Under the pieces are notes generated by a model that was not told the origin of the DNA, did no database searches, and saw nothing but the letters and a program-made list of their open reading frames with translations. 64,000 bases of DNA from an uncultured Chloroflexia bacterium (lineage in GTDB: Bacteria > Chloroflexota > Limnocylindria > Limnocylindrales > CSP1-4): assembly GCA_963713975.1 (NCBI GenBank), contig OY970218.1:1216001-1280000 (forward strand). Direction: 5' to 3'. The position numbers and the translations under genes are program-made. This document shows, piece by piece, positions 54,475 through 64,000 of this stretch (positions are counted from its first letter, which is position 1; every line of letters starts with the position of its first letter).

Positions 54475-55365
54475 TCAGCCGCCCTCGCCCGCGGACAGGG
54501 CCTGGACCCCGCGCCCGTCGAGCGCCTCGGCGAGGCGATGTGACCGGCCCTCGGTGACGATGACGTGGGCGTGGTGGAGCAGCCGGTCGACCGCTGCGGT
54601 GGCCAGGCCCTTGGGGAAGATGGTGTCGAAGCGGGCCGGGTGGAGGTTCGAGGTCAGGATCAGCGAGCGCTTCTCGTACGCCGCGTCGACGAGACGGTAG
54701 AGGGCCTCGGCCTCGTCCGCCCCGGCGGGCAGGAGGCCGATGTCATCGATCACGACCAGCTCCGAGCGCACGATCCGCTCGACGACCTTGCCGGTGGTGG
54801 CGTCGATCCGCGACCGGGCGATGGTGGCGGTCAGGGTCTCGAGGCTGAACCAGCTGACCCGCAGGTCGCGGTCGATCGCGGCATGGGCGATCGCCTCGGC
54901 GAAGTGGCTCTTGCCGGTCCCTGACGGTCCGACCAGGACGAGGTTTTCGGCGCGCCCGATCCAGTCGAGGCTCCGGAGCGCCCATTGGGCGTCGCCCGGG
55001 ATCGCCGAGGCCGCAGGATCCCAGGCATCGAACGTCTTGCCCGAGGGCAGCCTCGCTGCCTTGCGGTGGAGCTCCCGGGTCGACCGGTCGCGGCCGGCCG
55101 CCTCCTCCGCGAGCAGGACCTTGAGCACCCGGGCATGGTCCCAGCCCTCGTCGCGCGCCCGGGCCAGGACCGCGGGTCCCGCCAGCCGGACGTAGCGCAG
55201 GCGGAGCCTGTGGAGCAGCCGTGCGATATCGGGCGGCAGCGGCGGTGGCGCGACCGGCTGCAGGCGGGGTGGCAGCTCGCGCCATTGGGCGAACTCGTCG
55301 GCGGCCTCGGCGCCCTGGAGCCGGCTGCGGGTCTCGTAGGCATCGTGCGACGGGCCGCCGGTCAC
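54475..55365 (-). CDS. istB: IS21 helper ATPase IstB
   Basis: GPSGTGKSH, VVIDDIG, LTSN, VDRLLHHA; GTGA overlap with istA. Confidence 0.95.
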   Translation of the reverse strand: MTGGPSHDAYETRSRLQGAEAADEFAQWRELPPRLQPVAPPPLPPDIARLLHRLRLRYVRLAGPAVLARARDEGWDHARVLKVLLAEEAAGRDRSTRELHRKAARLPSGKTFDAWDPAASAIPGDAQWALRSLDWIGRAENLVLVGPSGTGKSHFAEAIAHAAIDRDLRVSWFSLETLTATIARSRIDATTGKVVERIVRSELVVIDDIGLLPAGADEAEALYRLVDAAYEKRSLILTSNLHPARFDTIFPKGLATAAVDRLLHHAHVIVTEGRSHRLAEALDGRGVQALSAGEGG

Positions 55366-56855
55366 CGGCCCAGGTCCTCCCAAGCGCCCGTGCCCGGTTG
55401 GAGCGTGTCATCGGCGTCACCCGATCCGAGGCGCTCGCCCGCCCGGTCGCCCATGAGCCGGCGGTGGTCGAGGATCGACTCGAGGTCGCCCTCGGCGAAG
55501 CGGCCCGCCTCGGCCGCGAGGGCCAGGGCCTCGTCGACCGGGACGGCACCGACGAGGGCGGCAAGCTCGGTCGCCCGGCGCATCTTGGTCCGGATCCGCT
55601 CGGTGCCCGAGGCGGCGGCGAGGATCAGCCAGCGCTCGGCACCCTCGCCGAGCCCGAGGAACGCGGTCTCCTCGGGGCTCACGGCCCGCGGCCGCGGGTT
55701 GAGCGGATCGGTCGTGCGCTCGGGATAGTGGGCCGGATCGATCCGGGGGTTGCCGGGCGTCGTGAGCGGGTGGCGGGCGACCTCGCGGGCTCCCGGCGGT
55801 CCCTGGTGGACGACGACGAGCTCGTCGCCGTCGACCCGCACCCAGACCCGCTCGCCGACGAGCTTGTGCGGCACCGAGTAGCGGGCGGAGCCGTGGCGGA
55901 CCGTCGACTCGTCGTCGACGACCCGGGTCAGCCCGAAGGCGACCGTGTACGGCTCGACGGGGACGGGGTGGAGCCGCCGGCGCTCGTCGGCGAGCAGCTC
56001 GAGGGGTGGCCGCCGGGTCTCGCGATGGGGGCGCTCGTTGACTTGCGTGCAGAACGCGGCGCAGGCGACCCGGAGGGCCGTGAACGAGGGGTAGGCCTCG
56101 AGCAGGTTCGCGTCGGTCGGGACCAGATCGGCCTTGGCGATCTTGACCGTGCTCTCCGAGCCGCCCTTGGACGCCGGGTCGGCCGGCACGCAGGCGTGGA
56201 TGACGAGCCCGTAGTGGCGGGCGGCGGCGACGAGGATCGGGTGCTTCACCGCGATCCCGGCCACCCGGTCGACCGTGACCGTCCGCTCGTTGTCGGTGAG
56301 GGCGTACGTGGGGGCACCGCCGAACCGGCGGAGGGTCTCGTCGAGACAGGCGATCACGGTCGGCAGCGTCCGGTCCCAGGTCGGGATGATCACCCGGTAC
56401 CGGCTCCAGGCGAGCCAGGCGCACCACAGCAGCGTGTCGCGGCCGGCGATCACGGGACCCTTGCCCCAGTCGAACTGGAACCACATGCCGGGCTCGGGGA
56501 TCCAGGGTCGGAAGACGCGCCGGTGGCCCGCCGCATACGCGTGCTTGATGTCGGCGACTGCCCGTCGGGTGGTCCGCTCGGAGCCGTCGAAGCCGAGCGC
56601 GAGCAGCTTCTCGTGGGCGATGTCGGCGCGGACCCGGCCATGGCTGCGCTCGACCCACTCCTCGAGCTTGGCGAGGTACGGATCGACGATCTGGTCACGA
56701 CGCACCGGGTCAGGGGCGACCTGGCCTCGCTCGCGCAGTCGGACATAGCGGGCAACCGTCATCGGCGAGCAGCCGGTGAGGCGTGCCGCCTCGCGCAGGC
56801 TGCCCGTCAGGTCGAACGCCTCGAGGATCTCCACCACGTCTCCGGCATGCTTCAC
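55362..56855 (-). CDS. istA: IS21 transposase IstA
   Basis: HTH (SLREAARLTGCSPMTV); DDE residues in QFDWG, LTDNE, SKGGSE; GAGGAGG RBS. Confidence 0.95.
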   Translation of the reverse strand: MKHAGDVVEILEAFDLTGSLREAARLTGCSPMTVARYVRLRERGQVAPDPVRRDQIVDPYLAKLEEWVERSHGRVRADIAHEKLLALGFDGSERTTRRAVADIKHAYAAGHRRVFRPWIPEPGMWFQFDWGKGPVIAGRDTLLWCAWLAWSRYRVIIPTWDRTLPTVIACLDETLRRFGGAPTYALTDNERTVTVDRVAGIAVKHPILVAAARHYGLVIHACVPADPASKGGSESTVKIAKADLVPTDANLLEAYPSFTALRVACAAFCTQVNERPHRETRRPPLELLADERRRLHPVPVEPYTVAFGLTRVVDDESTVRHGSARYSVPHKLVGERVWVRVDGDELVVVHQGPPGAREVARHPLTTPGNPRIDPAHYPERTTDPLNPRPRAVSPEETAFLGLGEGAERWLILAAASGTERIRTKMRRATELAALVGAVPVDEALALAAEAGRFAEGDLESILDHRRLMGDRAGERLGSGDADDTLQPGTGAWEDLGR

Positions 56856-57843
56856 CACGTCCCTCCTCTGCTCACCCTGGGTTGTCTCAGCAACCCCCAG
56901 CGTGCGTGGGGAGGGACGCTTGATGTTCACGGTGTCCGTGAGGGGACCGTGGGGCGGGCTGTCCAGATCGCGTGGCCGGCGGCGTTCAGATCTCGTGGCC
57001 GCCGGCGTCCAGCTTCCTGTCCGCCTGCGTCCAGATTCCCATGGCCGCTGTCACCCCCGGCCACCGTCGGTCGAGATCCCGAGCGCGATCCAGCTGTGGG
57101 ACCGAGCTCTCGATTGGATGTACACGAATACGTACGCGCCCCGAAGGGGCCGCTGAGCCTCGTCTTCCCCGGCAACTCCTAGTCACAACCTATTCAATCT
57201 CCAGGAGATTCATCTGGGGGGCTACAGGGAACGCCGCAGCCTCTCGCGGTAGCTGGTGCTCGACCGGGCCCACAGGGACAACGGCGAGCCACTCGGTCAC
57301 AGGCTGTAGCTGGGTCAGGGCGGCCAGGACGCGGTGCAAGTCGTAGGTCCGGCCTGCCGACCGCGGGCGCCGCGGTCACCGGAAGCTCCCGATGACACGA
57401 GGCTTGGGCGGCGGGGGTGGTTCGAGCATGGCCATGGCGATCGCGCGGACCATCGCGCCCGCCGCGGTGTTCAGTTCGACCCGCGACGAGCCGGCACCTG
57501 TCTGTGCGCGACCGTTGGGGTCAACTTCCTCGTCACGCCGGCGACGCTCCTGCACGCGCGGATTGGCGCGGTCAGCGGTATGGGGCCGTCGGTCGTGAAC
57601 GCCGTGGCTCCGTCAGCATCCGCGTGACGGCTCGGGCCGAGCGCTGGGGGCAAGGTCCCCGCCGCTGCGGACGGAAGCGCATGCGCTTCCCGATCGGGGA
57701 CCCGTCGGAGCGTGGGCAACCGACGGCGCACCTGCTCTGGGAGCTGGCGGCCCCGTGCGGGCAGGGCCGCGACCCTGAGCGTTGGACGTCCAGCGGTGCG
57801 GGCGTCGACGATCGTGCGCTTCGGAGCACACGAGTGTCCTGCA

Positions 57844-58578
57844 TCAAGAGGTGACGGAGGCCGCCGGCTGGGACCGGAGTTCAAGCCCGTCAAGCATCAG
57901 GTCGAGCCCGAATGCGAATTGCTCGTCGCTGGCGTGGAGGCCATCGTTCGCAAAGCGCAGGAGGAACGCCGTGTTGGCGGCGACTCGCGGGACGAGTTCC
58001 GGCGTGATGCCGCCCAGCGGGTCCGCGACGGCCCCGTCGTTGGGATGGAGGTCGTAGTCGGTCTCCGCCATCGAGTAGCCGAGCGTGTAGTTGGCCAGCG
58101 CATGAGCGAACCGGATCCCGGTCTCGTCCGGCAGGCCGACATCGCGGAGCGCGGCGATGATCGCGTCCGTCACGGGGATGACGGCCGGGAACACCGACGA
58201 GCGGTGGGCAAAGCACAGGGCGGCTGCGTGCGGGTGGGCGCGCAGCACACGGCGGAGCTCGAAGCCGGCGTGGCGGAGTCGCGCTCGCGGGGGCCAGTCA
58301 CCATCGGGCAGCGCCATCTCGGAGAGCACCACCTGGGCGACTCCGCGAAGCAGGTTGTCCTTGTCGGCAACATGCCGGTACAGGGCACGCGGCGTCACGC
58401 CGAGCCGCGTCGCCAGGGCCTGCATCGTGCACGCCCTGATCCCCTGTTCGTCGATGAGCTCGATTGCGGTCGCGAAGATCAGCGGCCGCCCAATCGCACG
58501 TCGGCGCACGCGCCGGTCATCCGTCGCGAGCAGGTCCCTGACATGGGTCACATGGGGCTTGACGACCGTGGCAGGCAT
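57844..58578 (-). CDS. TetR-family regulator (TetR_C-type)
   Basis: TMQALATRLGVTPRALYRHVADK; FAFGLDLMLDGL. Confidence 0.88.
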   Translation of the reverse strand: MPATVVKPHVTHVRDLLATDDRRVRRRAIGRPLIFATAIELIDEQGIRACTMQALATRLGVTPRALYRHVADKDNLLRGVAQVVLSEMALPDGDWPPRARLRHAGFELRRVLRAHPHAAALCFAHRSSVFPAVIPVTDAIIAALRDVGLPDETGIRFAHALANYTLGYSMAETDYDLHPNDGAVADPLGGITPELVPRVAANTAFLLRFANDGLHASDEQFAFGLDLMLDGLELRSQPAASVTS

Positions 58579-58601
58579 GTGGCAACTATACGGCGGTCCG
58601 T

Positions 58602-58626
58602 GCTAAGTCCATCCGAGTGACTTAGC
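58602..58626. promoter_or_regulatory. Inverted repeat in the divergent tetR/methyltransferase intergenic region (candidate operator)
   Basis: GCTAAGTC-N9-GACTTAGC. Confidence 0.4.
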
Positions 58627-58673
58627 GGGATCACCCATTCGGGCAGGAATCGGGCAGGGAAGGAGTCGCGGGC

Positions 58674-59798
58674 GTGGACTCACAGGAGCGGATCGACCGG
58701 GCCGTAGCCCTCAAGCCGGCGGCACCGGGCGAGACCCCCGTCGCCCCGCTGCTCATCCACTACACGGCGAAGCTCGCGGGCGTGAAGCAGGCCGACATCT
58801 TCGGCAGCGTCGGCGGGTGGCGGGACGCGGTCGATCGGGCCGCGGACCGCATCCCGTTCGACATGAGTTTCGCCCTGTGGCCCACGGACGTCGCGTTCTC
58901 CGAGGGTCTCAAGCACAGGCTCCCGGGGCGCGAGCTCGGCGACGACGAGATGTTCCAGATGCTCGAGGAGGAGGTGATGACCACCGACGACTACGAGCTC
59001 CTGGTCCAGCAGGGCTACAGCCGGTGGTTCATGGACTACATGGTCCGGGTGCAGCCCCAGCTCCGGCCCGGTCGACTCTCCCGTGTCCGCACGACGGCCC
59101 ACTTCATCCAGCTCGGCTGGCGGATCCGGGGCAACGCGAGACGGCTCGAGAAGCGGGGCATCGTGCCCGCGTTCTATGCCGCCGGCTACCCGCCGTTCGA
59201 CTTCTTCAGCCTGGCCCGCACCTTCGCCAAGTTCTCCGAGGACCTGTATGACATCCCGGACCTGATCGCCAAGGCGTGCGATGCCAGCGTCGAGCCGATC
59301 ATCGCGACCATACTCCAGCCGCTGATGATGAGTCGGGGCAAGCGGGTGGAGATCTACCCGATGCGCTGCAGCACCACCTTCATCTCGCCCAGGATGTTCG
59401 AGGAGCGGGCGCTCAAGCACCTGGTCCAGATGGTCGAGGCCTTCGTCGCCAAGGGCATCACGCCCGCGCTCCATTGCGATGCCAACTGGACGCCGCTGCT
59501 CGGGTACTTCCGGGAGATGCCGCAGGGCAAGTGCATCCTCGAGCTCGACCAGGACACCGACATCTACCGGGCCAAGGAGATCCTGGGCGACTGGATGTCC
59601 ATCCGCGGCAACGTCTCGCCGACCCTGCTGGCGTTCGGCGAGGCCGCCGAGGTCGAGGCCGAGTGCGAGCGCCTCATCCGCGAGGTGGGCCATGAGGGCG
59701 GCTTCATCCTCGGCTCCGGCTGCGAGGTGCCCCTGAACGCCAAGCTCGAGAACGTCGAGGCGATGTACCGCGTCGCGCGTGCTGCGGCGCCCGCATGA
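58674..59798 (+). CDS. Uroporphyrinogen-decarboxylase-family protein (MtaA/CmuA-like methyltransferase)
   Basis: FISPRMFEE, LHCD, GNVSP, GFILGSGCEVP; adjacent corrinoid protein. Confidence 0.85.
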   Translation: MDSQERIDRAVALKPAAPGETPVAPLLIHYTAKLAGVKQADIFGSVGGWRDAVDRAADRIPFDMSFALWPTDVAFSEGLKHRLPGRELGDDEMFQMLEEEVMTTDDYELLVQQGYSRWFMDYMVRVQPQLRPGRLSRVRTTAHFIQLGWRIRGNARRLEKRGIVPAFYAAGYPPFDFFSLARTFAKFSEDLYDIPDLIAKACDASVEPIIATILQPLMMSRGKRVEIYPMRCSTTFISPRMFEERALKHLVQMVEAFVAKGITPALHCDANWTPLLGYFREMPQGKCILELDQDTDIYRAKEILGDWMSIRGNVSPTLLAFGEAAEVEAECERLIREVGHEGGFILGSGCEVPLNAKLENVEAMYRVARAAAPA

Positions 59799-59824
59799 CC
59801 AGCGATCACATGAGGAGACAGCCC

Positions 59825-60451
59825 ATGGCCAACCTGGCCGCCCTCACCGCCGCCGTCGAGGAAGGCAACCGCAAGGATGCCGCGGCTCTGACCCAGGCCG
59901 CCCTCGACGAAGGCGTGGACCCCAAGACGGTGCTCGACGCCATGACCGCTGCCATGGACGTGGTGGGCCGCAAGTTCCAGGAGGGCGAGCTGTACGTGCC
60001 CGAGATGCTGATCGCCGCCCGGGCGATGAAGGCAGGCACCGAGATCCTGGAGCCCGTGCTCGCGGCCGCGGGCGTGGTGCCCGAGTTCCGCGCGGTGGTG
60101 GGCACGGTCGAGGGCGACCTCCACGACATCGGCAAGAACCTCGTGGGCATGATGTGGAAGGGCGGCGGGATCGAGGTCATCGATCTTGGGGTCAACGTGG
60201 CCCCGGCCGCATTTGTCGAGGCCGCCCGCGAGCACGATGCGCACCTGATCGGCGTGTCCGCGCTCCTGACCACGACCATGCCCAACATGCGCGCCGTGGT
60301 GGAGGCCGTGCGGGCCGCCGGGCTCTCGACCAGGGTGGTCATCGGCGGGGCTCCGGTCACCCCCGAGTATGCCGCCCAGATCGGCGCCGATGGCTACGCC
60401 CCCGACGCCGGGTCCGCTGTGGACCTGGCCCGCGGCCTGCTGGCCGGCTGA
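59825..60451 (+). CDS. Corrinoid (B12-binding) methyl-carrier protein
   Basis: GDLHDIGKNLV, SALLTTTM, IGGAP; GAGGAG RBS. Confidence 0.92.
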   Translation: MANLAALTAAVEEGNRKDAAALTQAALDEGVDPKTVLDAMTAAMDVVGRKFQEGELYVPEMLIAARAMKAGTEILEPVLAAAGVVPEFRAVVGTVEGDLHDIGKNLVGMMWKGGGIEVIDLGVNVAPAAFVEAAREHDAHLIGVSALLTTTMPNMRAVVEAVRAAGLSTRVVIGGAPVTPEYAAQIGADGYAPDAGSAVDLARGLLAG

Positions 60452-60489
60452 GCCGGAACTGGTCCGCGGGGGCGAGGCGGGCGGACTGG

Positions 60490-60639
60490 GCGCACCGCCT
60501 CGGCCTGTCCCGCTCGGCCGCCAAGCACCACCTGGCGCACGCGCGGTCCAAGGTCGGTGTGGCGATGACGGCGCCGCTCGTGTGGATCCTGACGGAGCAG
60601 CTGCCGGAGCCGGCACGCACAGCGAAGCCGGAGGAGTAG
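60490..60639 (+). pseudogene. LuxR-type HTH remnant
   Basis: AHRLGLSRSAAKHHLAHARSKVGV with no start codon or N-terminus. Confidence 0.55.
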
Positions 60640-60728
60640 GCCGCAGTTCTGGAGTTGCTGACAGCCCGTGTTGACGTGCCGCCGCCGAAACCGCCAGCGC
60701 AGCGAGACCGGAGGGACACAATGGGAGG

Positions 60729-61262
60729 ATGCACGAAGACCCCACCCGCGCGGAACACCTCGCACAGCTCGATGCAATCCTGGAGGAGTTCCTCGCCGTC
60801 GTTGAACGGGCACCCTCGCCCACCCAGTTGGTCGATGGGGAGTGGAACGTGCACGACGTCGTCGGCCACATCGGGTTCTGGCAGGCGAGCTTCGCCCGCA
60901 ACGTCGACGACCTGGTCGGCGGCCAGCAGCCGCGTCCGCTTCGCGGCCGGCTCGCGGACCTCAACGAGCGCGGCGTCGCCGAAGCACGGCCGCTCCCCTT
61001 CAACCGCGTCGTGGCCGAGCTGCGCGCGTCGCAGGCCGTGATCCGGAGTCGCATCCTTCAGCCGTCGCTCGGTCCGATCCCCTACCGCGTGGGCTCGCGG
61101 GCGTACCTCCCTGATGAGCACCTCGATATCGTGCGCGACCACGTTCGGGGGCACCTGCGGCTCGTCGAGCGCGCGCTTGACGGGGCAGCACGGCAGGAGA
61201 GGGGCGGCGTTCCGCGGCTTCTAGTTGGCCGATTCGGCCCCAGGCGCCCGACCGCATTGTGA
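60729..61262 (+). CDS. DinB-like four-helix-bundle protein
   Basis: WNVHDVVGHIGFW...HVRGH; GGGAGG RBS. Confidence 0.7.
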   Translation: MHEDPTRAEHLAQLDAILEEFLAVVERAPSPTQLVDGEWNVHDVVGHIGFWQASFARNVDDLVGGQQPRPLRGRLADLNERGVAEARPLPFNRVVAELRASQAVIRSRILQPSLGPIPYRVGSRAYLPDEHLDIVRDHVRGHLRLVERALDGAARQERGGVPRLLVGRFGPRRPTAL

Positions 61263-61303
61263 TACGCTCCTGCATCGTAATCAGATGCAGGAGAAGACCA
61301 CAC

Positions 61304-61810
61304 GTGGCGGAGTCGGGCAAGGCATTCACCGAGACGCGCCAGTTCAAACTCATGCGGACCGTCATCGGCGCGGGGAACCCGCTCATGCGGCACCTGCTCG
61401 ACTCACGGTTCGCGGGGCCGATGGGCAAGAACCTCCTGCTCCTGCGGTACCGCGGCCGGAAGTCGGGTCGGACGATCACCACCCCGGTCGGCTACGTCCG
61501 CGACGGTGACCGCGTCGTCATGGTCACCTCGCCCACCTACCGCTGGTGGCCCAACTTCGTGGGCGGAGCCGAGGCGGAGCTGCGCCTGCCGGAGGGCTGG
61601 CGGACGGGGCTGGTCGAGATCGTGATGCCCGACGACCCGCGCTACGACGAGGTCGTCGCCTTCCAGGTCGCCCGCCGCGGTCCGGGCATGCTCCGCGGCT
61701 TTGGCCTTGAGATCGACGACGAGGGACGTGTCGGGCCCGAGACGAAGGCGACCGCGACCACCAAGGCACACCTCGTCCTCGTCACGCTGGCGCCCACGGA
61801 CACCCAATGA
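61304..61810 (+). CDS. Deazaflavin (F420)-dependent nitroreductase-family oxidoreductase
   Basis: LLLRYRGRKSGRTITTPV, WWPNF. Confidence 0.75.
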   Translation: MAESGKAFTETRQFKLMRTVIGAGNPLMRHLLDSRFAGPMGKNLLLLRYRGRKSGRTITTPVGYVRDGDRVVMVTSPTYRWWPNFVGGAEAELRLPEGWRTGLVEIVMPDDPRYDEVVAFQVARRGPGMLRGFGLEIDDEGRVGPETKATATTKAHLVLVTLAPTDTQ

Positions 61811-62421
61811 GCGCAGGTGCGGCCGCGACGCCCGAGTCCCGCGGCCGGCCCCGGGACGCCCGGATCGACGAGGCCATCCTGGGTGCGACCCTCCGCCTCC
61901 TTGACGAGCACGGCTACCAGCGGATGTCGATCGCCGCGGTCGCCGAGGCGGCGGGTGTCGGCCGACCCGCCCTGTACCGCCGGTACGCCTCGAAGGCCGA
62001 TCTCGTGGTGGACGCCATCTCGCACATGGCACCGGGTCCCGAGCCTTCGCTCCCGGACGACAGCCGCGATGCCGTCGGCCGGCTGCTCACCGCGGCGGGC
62101 GGCGTGTTCGCGTCACCGGGCGGGGCAGCAATCCTCGGCTCGCTCCTCGCGGAGCTGCGCCGCGACCCCGAGCTGCTGGCAGCCTTCCGGGCGCGGATCT
62201 TCGAGCCTCGCCGGGCGGCCGTCCACCGGGTGCTTGAGCGCGGGGTGGCCCGCGGTGACGTCGCTGCCGACGTCGACCGAGAGGCTGTCGACGGTCTTCT
62301 CTTCGGCGGGTTGCTCGCCCGGGCGATCCTCGGCGAGACCGTCGACACCGATTGGATCGACCGGACCCTCGACCAGGTGTGGCGCGGCATCGCGGCACAG
62401 CCCCAGGACATCGCACGATGA
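61807..62421 (+). CDS. TetR/AcrR-family regulator
   Basis: GRPRD, SIAAVAEAAGVGRPALYRRYASK. Confidence 0.9.
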   Translation: MSAGAAATPESRGRPRDARIDEAILGATLRLLDEHGYQRMSIAAVAEAAGVGRPALYRRYASKADLVVDAISHMAPGPEPSLPDDSRDAVGRLLTAAGGVFASPGGAAILGSLLAELRRDPELLAAFRARIFEPRRAAVHRVLERGVARGDVAADVDREAVDGLLFGGLLARAILGETVDTDWIDRTLDQVWRGIAAQPQDIAR

Positions 62422-63296
62422 CCGCCCCCGTCCTCGTCACCGGCGCCCCGGGCAACGTCGGCACGCCACTCGTCGAGGAGCTCCTGCGCCTCGGCGCGGA
62501 TGTCCGCGTCGCAGCCTGGGACGTTGACGTCGCCGGGAATGCCTTCGGCGACGCCGTCGAGGTCGTCCCCTTCGACTTCACGCGTCCCGAGTCATTTGGC
62601 CCCGCGTTCCGGGACGTGGAGCGGGTGTTCCTCCTGCGCCCGCCCCAGATCGCGGATGTGGACGGCGTCATCGTGCCCGCGCTCGAGGCCGCCCGCGCAG
62701 CCGGCATCCGGCACGTCGTGTTCCTCTCGATCCAGGGGGCTGACAAGAACCGCCTCGTCCCGCACCGCAAGATCGAGGACCGCCTGCGGGCGTCGGGCAT
62801 GGCCTGGACGTTCGTCCGGGCCGCGTACTTCATGCAGAACCTCTCGACCACCCACGCACTCGAGGTCCGCGAGCGCGACGAGATCTGGGTGCCGGCGGGA
62901 CGCCGCTCGCGGACGGCCCACGTGGACGCCCGGGACGTCGCGGCGATCGCTGCTCGGGCGCTGACCGAGGACGGGCACGAGGGGCAGGCCTACACGCCGA
63001 CGGGTCCGGCCGCGCTCACCTACGATGAGATCGCCGAGATGCTGACCGACGAGCTTGGGCGACCCATCCGCTACGCGAACCCCAACCTGCTCGCCTACTG
63101 GCGCCGGATGCGCTGGCGCGGGATGCCTCGAGCGATGGTCGGGGTGACGCTCGGCATCTACACGGCCGCGCGGTTCGGCTTGGCCAACGGCCTGACTGAC
63201 GACGTCAAGCGGATCACCGGGCGCCCACCGATCCCGATGCGCCAGTTCGTCCACGCTGCGCGCGATGCATGGCTGGCGCCAGCTGGGGGCCACTGA
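62418..63296 (+). CDS. NmrA-like/SDR NAD(P)-binding oxidoreductase
   Basis: VLVTGAPGNVG, HRKIE, YFMQN, VDARDVA. Confidence 0.88.
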   Translation: MTAPVLVTGAPGNVGTPLVEELLRLGADVRVAAWDVDVAGNAFGDAVEVVPFDFTRPESFGPAFRDVERVFLLRPPQIADVDGVIVPALEAARAAGIRHVVFLSIQGADKNRLVPHRKIEDRLRASGMAWTFVRAAYFMQNLSTTHALEVRERDEIWVPAGRRSRTAHVDARDVAAIAARALTEDGHEGQAYTPTGPAALTYDEIAEMLTDELGRPIRYANPNLLAYWRRMRWRGMPRAMVGVTLGIYTAARFGLANGLTDDVKRITGRPPIPMRQFVHAARDAWLAPAGGH

Positions 63297-63390
63297 GCGG
63301 TTCTGCCGACACGAGTTTCCCTCGCCGGCTAGCGTTCCGCAGGTCCCGGGTTGGGGACCGATGTCTCCCGCGGGCAGGCGGCCCGAGCGC

Positions 63391-63798
63391 CTACGCTTCC
63401 TCCAGGGCCTGTGCACGACGTGCGGCGGCCTGGATGAGCCCCTTCTCGAAGGCGTCCTCGATCGCGCCGTCGCCGAAGCGCTCGGCGCGGATGACCGCTA
63501 TCAGGACCCGCGAGACCTCCTCGCCCGTGGCGTCCGCGAGCGCGTCCGGGTCGGTGAGCAGCTCGTGCCCGCGCGGCGTCTCGGCCCACTGCATCCAGTC
63601 GAAGGACTGGACCATCTTGACGCGGTACATGTCCGCCACGAACGCGTCGAGCCGCTCGGTGTAGGTCACGTAGGGCATCTGGATCACGCCGTCGGCGTCG
63701 GGCGTGCCACCCTCCCACGTCGCGGTCGCGAAGCCGGGCTCGCTGATCTCGTCGGCCCAGCCGGCCAGAGCGACGAGCGGCGCACGGGCGACCCTCAC
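63391..63798 (-). CDS. DUF6508-like protein
   Basis: QMPY, FDWMQW, VIRAERFGDG; GTGA overlap with the upstream partial gene. Confidence 0.65.
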   Translation of the reverse strand: MRVARAPLVALAGWADEISEPGFATATWEGGTPDADGVIQMPYVTYTERLDAFVADMYRVKMVQSFDWMQWAETPRGHELLTDPDALADATGEEVSRVLIAVIRAERFGDGAIEDAFEKGLIQAAARRAQALEEA

Positions 63799-64000
63799 CG
63801 CAGGGCCTCCAGCATCCCGTCGGACCACGCCGCGAGCTCGTCGAGGCGAGCGGCCCACGCCGGGTCCTGCCAGGCGCGCAGGTCGTCGAGCATCTCCTCG
63901 AGCGAGAGGATGTCGTGGAACCCGAAGGCCTGGCGCACCTCGTCGCGCCGGTCGGGGTCGACCGCGCCCCAGACGAGGATGGCGCCGTCGACCGTGACCG
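63795..64000 (-). CDS. Hypothetical protein, partial (runs off the window)
   Basis: Open frame VTVDGAILVWGA...WSDGMLEALR* whose stop overlaps the next start. Confidence 0.6.
   Translation of the reverse strand, partial: VTVDGAILVWGAVDPDRRDEVRQAFGFHDILSLEEMLDDLRAWQDPAWAARLDELAAWSDGMLEALR

Larger units (their letters stand above)
54322..57053 (-). mobile_element. IS21-family insertion sequence
   Basis: 26-bp imperfect IRs (TGTCAAGGGACAGGTGAATCTGGACG / TGACAGCGGCCATGGGAATCTGGACG), subterminal CTGGAC repeats, CCCCC duplicated at 54317-54321 and 57054-57058, istA-istB inside. Confidence 0.95.

Noticed and set aside
57059-57840. Genes right of the IS21, including one possibly interrupted by it
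   Set aside because: Only short motif-less frames; joining the IS flanks gives an open frame but no recognisable protein.
1-64000. tRNA/rRNA genes, integrase, att sites, plasmid rep or par genes
   Set aside because: None recognised by eye, so ICE versus plasmid cannot be decided from this window.

Overview
High-GC (about 70% by eye, not computed) bacterial DNA from a monoderm-type host. Chloroflexota or Actinomycetota is inferred from a GAAC-N4-GTTC LexA box, many apparently leaderless promoters and a secretin-less Tad locus. The window is almost entirely accessory DNA. (1) 1-14.4 kb is a defence-island-like block: a 5'-truncated type IIG/ISP-like RM enzyme, a Schlafen/AlbA_2 protein, a TIR-like protein, a HEPN - Gly-repeat - GNAT - HNH-like string, plus an SDR/SRPBCC/DCC1/YndJ operon. 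(2) 14.8-46.3 kb is a conjugative module in which T4SS genes (VirB2-, VirB6-, PrgI-, VirB4-, VirB1-, VirD4-like, Replic_Relax relaxase) are interleaved with a Tad/Flp pilus operon. It is led by two toxin-less double-Phd proteins and split by about 14 kb of metal/thiol-redox cargo. (3) 48.4-52 kb is a compact ubiquitin-like operon (Ubl, E2-D, small ORF, JAB, E1/ThiF) preceded by about 620 nt of densely base-paired non-coding sequence. (4) A complete IS21-family element with a 5-bp target duplication is followed by corrinoid/methyltransferase, F420-type oxidoreductase and TetR genes. The most notable observation is that the same GTACACA box begins exactly 14 nt before the -35 hexamer in the promoters of both conjugation operons and of the RNA/ubiquitin operon, suggesting one regulon linking mating to ubiquitin-like conjugation. 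No tRNA, rRNA, CRISPR array or integrase was recognised. All family calls come from motif recognition by eye, not database searches.
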